Source: a virus. From it: a stretch of 44,350 nucleotides of DNA. Position numbers and translations under genes: made by a program. The notes below the pieces were generated by a model. That model saw only the letters and a list, made by a program, of their open reading frames with translations, did no database searches and was not told where the DNA came from. Below, piece after piece: positions 8,170 through 17,648 of the stretch (its first letter is position 1; each line of letters opens with the position of its first letter). Location: UHGV virus genome UHGV-0187309. The stretch is one strand, 5' to 3'.

Positions 8170-8650
8170 AAAGAAATTCCCTGTGCCGGGACCGCTTCCC
8201 GTAGACGCAAAGAAGCTGATCGATGGGCTTGGCACGATCTTCGGCGGCGTGATCCAGCTTCTGGCAGCAATGGAGCCGAACATGGCAAAGGAGCTGGCGG
8301 ACATGGCGATCAACGGTGTGCCAAAGGAGACTGCGCCGGAGGAAATCAATCCGGACGATTTCGAGGAGATCATCACCGCTGACGATCTGCCGTGGGATAC
8401 AGAGCCGGAGCAGCCCGAAGAGCCGAAACCTGCGGAAAAGCCCAAACCGAAGAAGGCGGCAAAGAGGGCGGAGCCTGCATCGGAGCTGACCGCTGATGAC
8501 CTCATCCGCGTGGTGACGCAGAAGATCAAGCAGAACCGTGCCAACAAGGACAAAGTGCTGGCGCTGCTGAAATCCTACGGTGCGGCAAAAGTCAGCGATA
8601 TACCTGCGGACAAGTACGAAGCGTTTCTCACTGACCTGTCGCAGCTCTGA
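8156..8650 (+). CDS. hypothetical protein (Pro/Glu/Lys-rich linker)
   Basis: 164 aa, GAGGAGGG RBS. Overlaps the upstream gene by 14 nt, consistent with translational coupling. Confidence 0.65.
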   Translation: MTETEKKFPVPGPLPVDAKKLIDGLGTIFGGVIQLLAAMEPNMAKELADMAINGVPKETAPEEINPDDFEEIITADDLPWDTEPEQPEEPKPAEKPKPKKAAKRAEPASELTADDLIRVVTQKIKQNRANKDKVLALLKSYGAAKVSDIPADKYEAFLTDLSQL

Positions 8651-8664
8651 TCGGAGGTGGCACG

Positions 8665-9912
8665 ATGCCGGATGTTCATGCACTTCTGAGTGCATCCAGT
8701 TCCAAGCAATGGCTTCACTGTCCGCCGTCCGTCCGCCTGCAGGAGAACTTTCCGAACGAGAGCTCCGTGTATGCCGCCGAGGGAACATTCGCTCATGAGG
8801 TCTGCGAGTACAAGGTCCGCAAGTATCTGAAGGAGCGTGTGAAACGTCCGCAGTCCGAGGAATATGACACCGAGGAAATCGAGCAGATCACAGATGTGTA
8901 TGCGGAGTTCGTGATCTCCATCATTGAGCAGATGAAGGAGAACGGCTGTGAGTCGCTTGCTTTTGTTGAGGAGCGTGTGGACTACAGCCACATTGCCCCT
9001 TCCGGCTTTGGCACGGCAGATATGCTCATCATCGGTAAGGACGAGCAGGGACGCGGAATCCTTCATGTATGCGATTTCAAGACGGGTGCAGGCGTGTTTG
9101 TGGATGCAGACCACAACAGCCAGATGATGCTCTATGCGATCGGAGCTTTAGCCGCCTACGGCTTTTTGTATGATATTGAGATCGTGCGTATGAGCATCAT
9201 TCAGCCTCGTCTGGATAATATCAGCACATTCGAGTGCAGCAGAGCCGAGCTTGAGGAATGGGGCGAGAGCATCAAGCCCATTGCGAAACTTGCCTACGAG
9301 GGCAAGGGCGAACAAAGCCCCGGCGACTGGTGTCGGTTCTGCCGTGCAAAGCCTGTTTGCAAAGCGTGTGCCAATGAAGCACTGGCACTCTGCCGTGAGG
9401 ATTTCCTTGACCTCGATGCCGGAGCATTCGATGATACTGCGGAGGAAAGCGATATGACCGCACCCTACGAAGCGGATATACAGACTGCCGTATTCAAGCA
9501 GCCGGGACTGATTCCTATCAGCGAACTTGCGGAGATCCTGCCGACTCTGAACCGCATCAGCTCTTGGATCGAGGCGGTATTCGCATTCGTATCCTCCGAG
9601 GCGATCAATCACGGTGTACCGATTCCCGGCTATAAGGTGGTCGAAGGGCGCAGCAAGCGTGTATTCACAGATACAAAAGCTGTGGTCGATACCGCTGTTC
9701 AGAACGGGTACACCGACCTTTACAAGCAGACGCTCATCACGCTGACGGAATTTGAAAAGATGATGGGCAAGAAAAAGTTCAACGAGCTGCTCGGTGAGTA
9801 TGTCGCCAAGCCACCCGGAAAGCTGGCACTTGTGCCGGAGAGCGATCCGAGAGAACCCGTTGATCTCACAACACCCGGTCAGGAATTTGAAGTTCTCTCT
9901 GATGATGAGTGA
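8665..9912 (+). CDS. DUF2800-type PD-(D/E)XK nuclease with Cys cluster
   Basis: N-terminus LSASSSKQWLHCPPSVRLQE...AAEGTFAHE. DFK core (HVCDFKTG). CRFCRAKPVCKAC cluster. Canonical position upstream of DUF2815 and the DNA polymerase. Confidence 0.8.
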   Translation: MPDVHALLSASSSKQWLHCPPSVRLQENFPNESSVYAAEGTFAHEVCEYKVRKYLKERVKRPQSEEYDTEEIEQITDVYAEFVISIIEQMKENGCESLAFVEERVDYSHIAPSGFGTADMLIIGKDEQGRGILHVCDFKTGAGVFVDADHNSQMMLYAIGALAAYGFLYDIEIVRMSIIQPRLDNISTFECSRAELEEWGESIKPIAKLAYEGKGEQSPGDWCRFCRAKPVCKACANEALALCREDFLDLDAGAFDDTAEESDMTAPYEADIQTAVFKQPGLIPISELAEILPTLNRISSWIEAVFAFVSSEAINHGVPIPGYKVVEGRSKRVFTDTKAVVDTAVQNGYTDLYKQTLITLTEFEKMMGKKKFNELLGEYVAKPPGKLALVPESDPREPVDLTTPGQEFEVLSDDE

Positions 9913-9985
9913 GGATCATACAATAATGCCGCAATTATTCTGTTTGGTGAATACGCAAAATTGAATGAAATATAGGAGGTATACT

Positions 9986-10561
9986 ATGGCAAACACAACA
10001 CCCGCGACTAAAGTGGTTATTCCCTGTCGCATTTCTTTTGCGAACATCTGGGAGCCAAAATCAATTAATGGCAGCGAAGAGAAGTATTCCGTTTCCCTAC
10101 TGATCCCGAAGGATGACAAGGCAACGCTCGCCAAGATCAAGAAGGCAATTGAGGCGGCAAAGGAAGCGGCGAAGGAGAAGAAGTGGGGCGGCAAGATCCC
10201 GCCGAACCTCAAGCTGCCGATGCATGACGGCGACATCGACCGTCCTGATGACGAGAACTATGCCGGTCACTTCTTCTTCAATGCCACGAGCAAGGATGCA
10301 CCGCAGATCGTTGACCGCCATGTGCAGCCGATTCTCGATCCGATGGAGTGCGGCAGCGGTGACTATTGCAATGTCAGCGTGAACTTCTACGGTTTTGCAG
10401 CATCCGGCAACAAGGGCATCGCAGCAGGACTCCAGAACATCCAGCTTGTCCGCCACGGTGAGCGTCTTGCGGGCAGACCGACCGCAGCATCCGACTTCGT
10501 TGAGGTCGAGGGCGATGACACGGATGATCTCGCAGACGATGATCTGGATTTCCTGAACTGA
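9986..10561 (+). CDS. DUF2815-type phage ssDNA-binding protein
   Basis: AGGAGG RBS. ATKVVIPCRISFANIWEPKS...EKYSVSLLIPKDDKATLAKIKKAIEAAKE. Acidic C-terminal tail DDLADDDLDFLN. Confidence 0.75.
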   Translation: MANTTPATKVVIPCRISFANIWEPKSINGSEEKYSVSLLIPKDDKATLAKIKKAIEAAKEAAKEKKWGGKIPPNLKLPMHDGDIDRPDDENYAGHFFFNATSKDAPQIVDRHVQPILDPMECGSGDYCNVSVNFYGFAASGNKGIAAGLQNIQLVRHGERLAGRPTAASDFVEVEGDDTDDLADDDLDFLN

Positions 10562-10601
10562 CGCATAAGGGAGGCTTGCCTCCCTGTACATACACAAACA
10601 G

Positions 10602-13487
10602 GTGGTGATTTTATTGAGCAGACGTGTACTTTCCATCGACTTAGAGACCTATTCGGATGTAGACCTCCCGAACTGCGGTGTGTACCGCTATGTTGAGGGA
10701 GATTTCCATATCCTGCTGTTCGCATATGCATTTGACGATGAGGAGACAAAATGCGTGGATATGGCCTGCGGGGAGCAGCTCCCGGCAGAGGTCGTGGATG
10801 CGCTGCAGGATGACAGTATTATCAAATCGGCATGGAACGCACAGTTTGAGCGTACCTGCCTTTCAAAATATCTCGGTACGCAGATTTCTCCGGACTCGTG
10901 GCAATGCACGATGGTATGGGCGGCATCGCTTTCACTTCCGCTGAAGCTGGCAACGGCTGCACAGGCACTGAAAACTGCACAGCAGAAGGACGCTGTCGGT
11001 GAGCGTCTTATCCGTTATTTCTCTCTGCCCTGTAAGCCCACCAAAGCAAACGGCGGCAGAACAAGAAATCTGCCGGAACACGCCCCCGAAGACTGGAAGC
11101 TGTTCAAAAGCTACTGCATACAGGACGTGGAAACCGAGCGGGATATCCGCCGCAGGCTTGAAAAGTTCCCCCTGCTCCCGCAGGAATGGGACTACTACCA
11201 CATGGATCAGCGGATCAATGATCGCGGTATCCTGATCGACAAAGAGCTTGTGCAGCAGGCTATTATCTGCAATATGGCAATGTCCGAAGAAATGACAAAA
11301 CGTGCATACGCTCTGACAGGACTTGAAAATCCGAATTCCGTATCACAGCTCAAGGGATGGCTTGAGGAGCGTGGCATTGAGGTGGATTCCCTCGGCAAAA
11401 AGAATGTCGCTTCTCTTATCACAGACCTCGACAGGCACAGCGCAGACGGTGAGGCTCTGGATATGATGAAGCTGCGGTTGCAGATGGCAAAGTCCTCTGT
11501 GAAAAAGTATCAGGCGGCAGAGAGATACATCTGTCAGGACGGCAGGGCGCACGGACTGTTTCAGTTTTCCGGAGCTCAGCGAACACAGCGCTGGTGTCTT
11601 ACCGGCGATCATGAAATACTGACAGATAAAGGCTGGCTCAGGCTTGATAATTGGCAGGGCGGTAAGATTGCTTGTTGGAATCCTAATCAGGAAATGGTCT
11701 CGTTCCAGAAAGCGAACGTATTGTGCTTTGAATATGACGGTCCTATCTACCGCTATGAGGACAAACGGATCGATCAGATCAGCACGCCGGATCACAAAAT
11801 GCGTGTAAAGAAACGGTATAACGGCGAGTGGACGGATGACACTGTTGGCAATATGGAAAAGTATCGTCCTTCTATTCCGTTTACCGGACGCAGACAAACG
11901 ATGCCCGGCTTGGAGCACGCAGAACTGAGGGTACTGGTGATGACGCAGGCTGACGGCAGCTATAAAGAAGATGGAATGCTCTGCTTCCATTTCAAGAAGA
12001 AAAGGAAAATAGAACGGTGCAAACATCTGCTCAGACAGGCGGGCATTTATTTCACAGTGAATGAATGCAGGACAGATGGAACAACGCAGATCAAGATTCC
12101 TTCCCGTGAGCAGCCGATGTATCTAAGAATGTTTCATAACAAGACATTTGGAATGTGGCTTCTCGATGAAAGCCCGGATGTTTTCTTTGATGAGCTTCGG
12201 TATTGGGACGGATCGCAAAGCGCCAAAAACAGTATCCAATATACCACAACGAACAAAGTGAATGCCGATATTGTTCAGGCTTTTGCTCATACAAGTGGTC
12301 GCTGTGCAAAAATGAAAACGGTCATCCGGGATAAAGAACACCCGAATTGGAGCGATGCATACTATCTCGATATATGGCTCACTCCGAAAAACTGTCATGA
12401 AATCAGAGTGAAGCCGACTATCTCGCAATTCAGCGGCAAAATATACTGTGCTGAAACCCCAACCGGATACTTCCTTGTAAGACGTAATGGTAAAGTGTGG
12501 GTAACAGGAAACAGCGGGCGCGGCATTCAATTACAGAACCTGCCGCAGAACCACATCTCTACCCTCGATGAAGCAAGAGAACTTGTCAAAATGGGCTGCT
12601 TTGACATGATCGAAGCACTGTACGGCAATACGCCGGATATCCTGTCACAGCTTATCCGCACGATGCTCATTCCGAAGGACGGCTGTGAATTTATCGTGGC
12701 AGACTTCTCCGCCATTGAAGCGAGAGTACTTGCGTGGCTTGCCGGAGAACAGTGGCGGCTCGATGCCTTCAAGCGTGGCGAGGATATTTACTGTGCATCC
12801 GCATCGCAAATGTTCGGTGTTCCGGTCGTGAAGCACGGCATCAATGGAGAACTGCGGCAGAAAGGCAAGGTCGCTGAGCTTGCCTGTGGTTACGGAGGTG
12901 GCAGCGGTGCGCTGATCTCTATGGGTGCGCTGGATATGGGACTGAAAGAGGATGAACTTCCCGACATCATTTCAAGCTGGCGCGATGCAAACCCGGAGAT
13001 CGTGAAATTCTGGTATGCCGTGGAGAAAGCGGCGATCGAAACAGTCAAGGACCACGCGGAAAGAACGGTCGGCAGGATCGGTTTTCAGTTCTCTGCAAAT
13101 ACACTGTGGATCGTGCTGCCGTCCGGGCGCAGACTTGCCTACATCAAGCCGAGGTTACAGCCGAACCGTTTCGGGCGTATGGCGCTGACCTTTGAAGGAC
13201 TCGGTGCAAACAACAAATGGACGCGCGGTGAGACATACAGCGGCAAGCTGACGGAGAACATCACACAGGCGACCGCCCGTGACCTGCTTGCAGAGGCAAT
13301 GCACCGAATGGAGCTTGCGGGACTTGACATAGTCGGTCATGTGCATGATGAGGTCATTTTGGAAGTGCCGAAAAGACAATATACGGTCGATGATGTGTGC
13401 AATATCATGAATCAAAATCCGAGATGGGCAGACGGTCTGCCCTTATCATCTGCCGGATATACCGGCAATTACTACTTCAAAGACTGA
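10602..13487 (+). CDS. family A DNA polymerase (3'-5' exo + pol) interrupted by an intein
   Basis: Exo motif LSIDLETYS. Pol motif A IVADFSAIEARVLAWLAG, motif B RQKGKVAELACGYGGG, motif C GHVHDEVILEV. The real start may be TTG 10614 (AGGTGGTGA RBS). Confidence 0.9.
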   Translation: MVILLSRRVLSIDLETYSDVDLPNCGVYRYVEGDFHILLFAYAFDDEETKCVDMACGEQLPAEVVDALQDDSIIKSAWNAQFERTCLSKYLGTQISPDSWQCTMVWAASLSLPLKLATAAQALKTAQQKDAVGERLIRYFSLPCKPTKANGGRTRNLPEHAPEDWKLFKSYCIQDVETERDIRRRLEKFPLLPQEWDYYHMDQRINDRGILIDKELVQQAIICNMAMSEEMTKRAYALTGLENPNSVSQLKGWLEERGIEVDSLGKKNVASLITDLDRHSADGEALDMMKLRLQMAKSSVKKYQAAERYICQDGRAHGLFQFSGAQRTQRWCLTGDHEILTDKGWLRLDNWQGGKIACWNPNQEMVSFQKANVLCFEYDGPIYRYEDKRIDQISTPDHKMRVKKRYNGEWTDDTVGNMEKYRPSIPFTGRRQTMPGLEHAELRVLVMTQADGSYKEDGMLCFHFKKKRKIERCKHLLRQAGIYFTVNECRTDGTTQIKIPSREQPMYLRMFHNKTFGMWLLDESPDVFFDELRYWDGSQSAKNSIQYTTTNKVNADIVQAFAHTSGRCAKMKTVIRDKEHPNWSDAYYLDIWLTPKNCHEIRVKPTISQFSGKIYCAETPTGYFLVRRNGKVWVTGNSGRGIQLQNLPQNHISTLDEARELVKMGCFDMIEALYGNTPDILSQLIRTMLIPKDGCEFIVADFSAIEARVLAWLAGEQWRLDAFKRGEDIYCASASQMFGVPVVKHGINGELRQKGKVAELACGYGGGSGALISMGALDMGLKEDELPDIISSWRDANPEIVKFWYAVEKAAIETVKDHAERTVGRIGFQFSANTLWIVLPSGRRLAYIKPRLQPNRFGRMALTFEGLGANNKWTRGETYSGKLTENITQATARDLLAEAMHRMELAGLDIVGHVHDEVILEVPKRQYTVDDVCNIMNQNPRWADGLPLSSAGYTGNYYFKD
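11595..12512 (+). mobile_element. 306-aa intein with LAGLIDADG-like homing endonuclease domain inside the DNA polymerase
   Basis: Extein junctions RTQRW|CLTGDHEILTDKGW ... GKVWVTGN|SGRGIQLQNLPQN. Block B STPDHKM. DOD-like motifs LRVLVMTQADGSY and FFDELRYWDGSQ. Removing it restores the contiguous RW-SGRGIQLQNLP polymerase motif. Confidence 0.8.
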
Positions 13488-13500
13488 GGAGGATATTCTT

Positions 13501-14550
13501 ATGAAACAGGGACGAGCATTACCGGAAGTGCTGACAGAGCTTCAGAGACAGAATGCAGCAAAGCAGGATTATATTGGCACGGCAGAGGCGTTCCGTCTGG
13601 ACGAGGACGGCAGCACCTTCCGGATCGGTGACGATCACAGCTTTGGTACCACACAGCTTTTCCATCGTCAGGTGGCATCGGCACTCGGCATTCCGGCGAA
13701 GTATTACGACATGATGCAGAAACAGAAGCCTGACCTTCTGGCAGACAATGTGAATGCATGGTTCAGTGACAAGGGCAGCAGCTACATGGTGCGTACCCTT
13801 GATTACGGCAGCGGACAGGTTGCGAGAGCCTTTCTGTCTGACCGTTACCGCCGTATCGATAACCTTGAAATTGCCTCGGCTGTTCTCCCGATTTTCGCCG
13901 GACAGGAAGGCATGGAGGTCATGAGCTGCGAGGTCACAGAGAATAAGCTGTATCTGAAGATCGTCAATCACCGTCTGGAAATGGCGTGTGTCGGTGACCG
14001 TGTGCAGGCAGGTGTCATCATCTCCAATTCGGAGGTTGGACTCGGTGCTGTGTCTGTTCAGCCGCTTGTCTATACACTTGCCTGCACCAACGGCATGGTG
14101 GTCAACAGTATGGGCGAACGCCGTACCCATGTCGGCAGGGCGGCGAAAGCACTGGAAGACAGCTTCAATATCTACACAAATGAAACCCTCGAAGCCGAAG
14201 ATAAGGCATTCATGCTGAAGCTCCGTGATACCACAATGGCAGCAATTGAAGAGGCTCGTTTCGCACAGATCATCGGTGTGTTGGAGCAGAGCCACGGCGC
14301 AAAGATCACAGGACGTGTGCAGGATGTCATCGAACTGACCGGCAAGGCGTATGACCTGAATCAGTCGGAACAGGACAGCATTCTGAACTATCTCATCAAG
14401 GGCGGCGATCTTTCCCTCTATGGTCTGAGCAATGCCATCACACGCGCTTCGCAGGATGTAGATTCCTACGACAGAGCCACTGCGTTAGAGGGCATCGGCT
14501 GGCAGGTGGCGACCATGCCTGCAAATCAGTGGAAGGAGATCAACGCATGA
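13501..14550 (+). CDS. DUF932-like phage/plasmid protein
   Basis: 349 aa, GAGGAGG RBS. IISNSEVGLGAVSVQPLVYTLACTNGMVV resembles the NSxxGxxA...CxNGM core of DUF932. Function unknown. Confidence 0.5.
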   Translation: MKQGRALPEVLTELQRQNAAKQDYIGTAEAFRLDEDGSTFRIGDDHSFGTTQLFHRQVASALGIPAKYYDMMQKQKPDLLADNVNAWFSDKGSSYMVRTLDYGSGQVARAFLSDRYRRIDNLEIASAVLPIFAGQEGMEVMSCEVTENKLYLKIVNHRLEMACVGDRVQAGVIISNSEVGLGAVSVQPLVYTLACTNGMVVNSMGERRTHVGRAAKALEDSFNIYTNETLEAEDKAFMLKLRDTTMAAIEEARFAQIIGVLEQSHGAKITGRVQDVIELTGKAYDLNQSEQDSILNYLIKGGDLSLYGLSNAITRASQDVDSYDRATALEGIGWQVATMPANQWKEINA

Positions 14551-14780
14551 GCAGAACCTGGAAAGACAGAAAAGGATATAAAACACGCAGAAAACGACAC
14601 GGATATCCTGTGCCGGAGATCTGCAATTACACACGCGGCAGCTATGAAGATTATGACCACAGCGATGAGGAACTGTATGTCGATGACCAGTGCTGCGAGA
14701 ACTGCCGCTTTTGCGGATGTTGCCGTCATACACCGTTCCCGTCGGGCTGGTGCGAATACTGGAAGGACGGCACACATTGA
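14547..14780 (+). CDS. small Cys-rich hypothetical protein
   Basis: ATG 14547 overlaps the upstream stop (ATGA); GGAAGGAG RBS. CCENCRFCGCCRH cluster. Confidence 0.5.
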   Translation: MSRTWKDRKGYKTRRKRHGYPVPEICNYTRGSYEDYDHSDEELYVDDQCCENCRFCGCCRHTPFPSGWCEYWKDGTH

Positions 14781-15217
14781 GAGAATATGTTGTCGAAAAC
14801 GAGTTTGTCAAGGCGGTAAAAGCGGCAGGCGGTGTGGCATACAAGCTGACATCGCAGACCGCAAACGGACTGCCGGACAGACTCGTTCTGTTCCCGGCGG
14901 CAAAGACGATTTTCGTGGAGCTGAAAGCACCGGGGAAAATGATGCGACCGTTGCAGCGTAAAAGACGGTATCAGCTTATGAAACTCGGCTTTCCGGTGCT
15001 GTGCATTGACAGGATGCCGCAGATCAAGCCGTTCATATCAGCAGCATTGTCATGGACACCCGGTGAGCCGTTCCCGGAAGGCATCGGTGCGAAGATACCC
15101 GATCTGGAAAGGGCAACGCTGCCGACGGATATGGATAACTTCGGGGAAACGCTTGAACCCATCGATCCAGACAATCTGATAGAGTTTTATGAAATAGAGG
15201 ACGGTGATGATGCATGA
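14777..15217 (+). CDS. VRR-NUC domain nuclease
   Basis: EFVKAVKAAGGVAYKLTSQTANGLPDRLVLFPAAKTIFVELKAPGKMMRPLQ. Start uncertain: TTG 14777 overlaps the previous stop, and the track ORF begins at 14690. Confidence 0.75.
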   Translation: MREYVVENEFVKAVKAAGGVAYKLTSQTANGLPDRLVLFPAAKTIFVELKAPGKMMRPLQRKRRYQLMKLGFPVLCIDRMPQIKPFISAALSWTPGEPFPEGIGAKIPDLERATLPTDMDNFGETLEPIDPDNLIEFYEIEDGDDA

Positions 15218-15711
15218 TTAACCCTAAACGCAGAGCTGTGAGAAAAAGCTGCTCATACTGCGGAACTGTCTTTACCTATGTCGGAAGTCATGGTACAAGA
15301 AATAAGCATTTTTTCTGTTCTCATGAATGCTATATTGCCTTTAAGACAAAGAAAGCAGAAGTGAAATGCGATTGGTGCGGCAAATCAATGCTGAAAAAAC
15401 GCTCTGATATATGGAGAACGGATCACAATTTCTGCTGCCCCGAATGCTGTTTACTGTATAGGCAAAAGCAAGGCGAAACTTCATGGAATCATCGTGTGAA
15501 TGGAATAACCGTACACAGGGGCATTTTGGAGAAGAAGCTCGGACGAGAACTGCGTGCGGATGAAGAAGTACACCTTATCGATGGTAACCATTTCAATAAT
15601 GATCCGGACAATCTCATCGCCCTTTCCAAATCGGAACACGCCAAAATTCATTCTTCTTGGAAAGCGAGGGACGAGTATGGAAAATACGTTAAAACGCAGT
15701 CAGATTCATGA
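15214..15711 (+). CDS. free-standing HNH homing-type endonuclease with N-terminal Cys-rich zinc-finger region
   Basis: HLIDGNHFNNDPDNLIALSKSEHAKIH. Multiple CxxC/CxxxC pairs N-terminally. Overlaps both neighbours (ATGA at 15214; 35 nt into the SNF2 gene). Confidence 0.8.
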   Translation: MINPKRRAVRKSCSYCGTVFTYVGSHGTRNKHFFCSHECYIAFKTKKAEVKCDWCGKSMLKKRSDIWRTDHNFCCPECCLLYRQKQGETSWNHRVNGITVHRGILEKKLGRELRADEEVHLIDGNHFNNDPDNLIALSKSEHAKIHSSWKARDEYGKYVKTQSDS

Positions 15712-17059
15712 ATACCAAAAATACTGTGTTGACTTTATTAAGTCTCATCCCGTATCAGCACTCTTTTTGGATTGCGGACTTGGAAAGACGATCATTTCAT
15801 TGACTGCAATATATGATCTAATGTTTGATGAGCTGAAGGTATCTAAAGTTCTTGTAATTGCCCCTCTAAGAGTGACAAATGTCTGGAAAGCGGAGGTTCA
15901 GAAATGGAGTCATCTGCAAGATGTTGATGTTGCGATAGTAGTCGGAACTGTAAAACAGCGGATTGCTGCGATTAACAGTAACGCTCTTGTTTACGCTGTC
16001 AACCGTGAAAATGTGAAGTGGCTCGTAGAGTATTACGAGAAGAACGGTCTTCGCTGGGATTACGATATGATCGTCATTGACGAGCTGAGTTCCTTCAAAA
16101 ACTACCAGTCACAGCGGTTCAAATGGTTGCGTAAGGTTCGGCCTTTCGTGAAGCGCTGGGTAGGATTGACAGGAACGCCGACTTCCAACGGTCTCATGGA
16201 CCTGTGGGCAGAGATCGGTATCCTTGACGGCGGTGAGCGGCTCGGACGGTTTATAGGCAGATTTCGTGAAAGCTATTTCAAGCCTGCGTCCATGAATCCG
16301 TCAACCGGTGTTGTTTTCAGCTACACCCCACGTCCCGTCGCAGAGGAGCAGATCTATAACAAAATCTCCGACATTACGATTTCCATGAAGGCACTGGATT
16401 ATCTGGATATGCCGGAATGTATCTTCGTCAATCATGAGGTCGAGATGAATGCAGCAGAGCGAAAACTATACGATCAGCTGAAACAGGATCTTATCATTCC
16501 GCTTGAGGACGGAGATATCGATGCTGCCAACGCTGCCTCTCTCTCCAACAAGCTGCTCCAGATGGCTAACGGCGCGGTCTATGACGAAAACAAGGAAGCC
16601 CGAATCATTCACAGCCGGAAACTGGAAATGCTGGAAGACCTGATCGAAGCCGCAAACGGACAGCCTGTTCTGGTCGGCTACTGGTTCAAGCATGACCGCA
16701 CTCGCATCATGGAGCATCTAACCGCCTGCGGTTACAGCCCTCGTGATATAAAGGATTCCGCCGACATCACAGACTGGAACGCCGGAAACATCCCGGTCGC
16801 TCTTATACACCCCGCTTCGGCAGGACACGGTCTGAACATTCAGTCCGGTGGCCATATCATGATCTGGTTCGGTCTGACATGGAGCTTAGAGCTTTATCAG
16901 CAGACAAATGCGCGTTTGTGGAGGCAGGGACAGAAGCACACTGTCACGATCCACCACATCGTAACAAAAGACAGTGTCGATGAGGATGTGCTTGCTGCTT
17001 TGGCCAATAAGGATGTAACACAGGAGAAATTGATCGCCGCTGTCAAGGCGAGATTATAG
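15677..17059 (+). CDS. SNF2/DEAD-like superfamily 2 helicase
   Basis: Start at Met42 of the track ORF (GAGGGA RBS). Motif I LDCGLGKT, motif II VIDELSSF, HPASAGHGLNIQ, motif VI QQTNARLWRQGQ. Confidence 0.88.
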   Translation: MENTLKRSQIHEYQKYCVDFIKSHPVSALFLDCGLGKTIISLTAIYDLMFDELKVSKVLVIAPLRVTNVWKAEVQKWSHLQDVDVAIVVGTVKQRIAAINSNALVYAVNRENVKWLVEYYEKNGLRWDYDMIVIDELSSFKNYQSQRFKWLRKVRPFVKRWVGLTGTPTSNGLMDLWAEIGILDGGERLGRFIGRFRESYFKPASMNPSTGVVFSYTPRPVAEEQIYNKISDITISMKALDYLDMPECIFVNHEVEMNAAERKLYDQLKQDLIIPLEDGDIDAANAASLSNKLLQMANGAVYDENKEARIIHSRKLEMLEDLIEAANGQPVLVGYWFKHDRTRIMEHLTACGYSPRDIKDSADITDWNAGNIPVALIHPASAGHGLNIQSGGHIMIWFGLTWSLELYQQTNARLWRQGQKHTVTIHHIVTKDSVDEDVLAALANKDVTQEKLIAAVKARL

Positions 17060-17081
17060 GATCATACTCTCCGTATGATCC
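17059..17081 (+). other. perfect 9-bp stem-loop directly after the SNF2 stop (no U-tract)
   Basis: GGATCATAC tctcc GTATGATCC. Confidence 0.4.
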
Positions 17082-17144
17082 GCACTGAAAAGACGACAAA
17101 GCGGCGACAAAACGGTTACACCGCACTCTATGGAGGTGAAAACT

Positions 17145-17648
17145 ATGGCGCGTAAGAACAAACGCCTGAAAACAGAATACCACAGAGGTCTCGGTTTTGA
17201 TCCGCGAAAGTATATGACTTCCTACTCCCACCAAACTCGCTGTGAATCAATTCCGACTCCCGACCGTGCTCCAAAGCGCGGCGATATCTGGTTTGCGCGG
17301 CTCGGCACACATCCGAATTCCAGTGTGCAGGGCGGCACCCGTCCCGTTATCATCATTTCTAACGACCTCGGCAACGAACACGCTGACACCGTCAATGTTG
17401 TGCCGATGACCAGACACCTGAAAAAGCCGGAGCTGCCTTGTCACACTCCGCTTTCTCCCGGCAGCATTACCGATAGCAGACAGCCGCTTGAACTGTCAAT
17501 GGTGCTGGCGGAGCAGCTCACAACTGTCAGCAAGAACGCACTTCGCTATTATGCAGGTCATATTTCCGATGACGAAGCTATGAACCGCATCGAAACCGCT
17601 GTTATTGCGCAGCTCAGTCTTGAAAGGAGATATTCCAAATGCCTGTGA
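17145..17648 (+). CDS. PemK/MazF-family endoribonuclease-like toxin with ~45-aa N-terminal extension
   Basis: GGAGGTG RBS before ATG 17145. PKRGDIWFARLG...GGTRPVIIISNDLGNEHADTVNVVPMT is the PemK/MazF core. No antitoxin-like ORF upstream. Confidence 0.72.
   Translation: MARKNKRLKTEYHRGLGFDPRKYMTSYSHQTRCESIPTPDRAPKRGDIWFARLGTHPNSSVQGGTRPVIIISNDLGNEHADTVNVVPMTRHLKKPELPCHTPLSPGSITDSRQPLELSMVLAEQLTTVSKNALRYYAGHISDDEAMNRIETAVIAQLSLERRYSKCL

Noticed and set aside
7768-9114. Minus-strand ORFs of 261, 243 and 179 aa overlapping the 7807..9912 genes
   Set aside because: Low-complexity Ser/Arg/His-rich translations that overlap one another in different frames. The + strand genes have RBSs and coupled starts.
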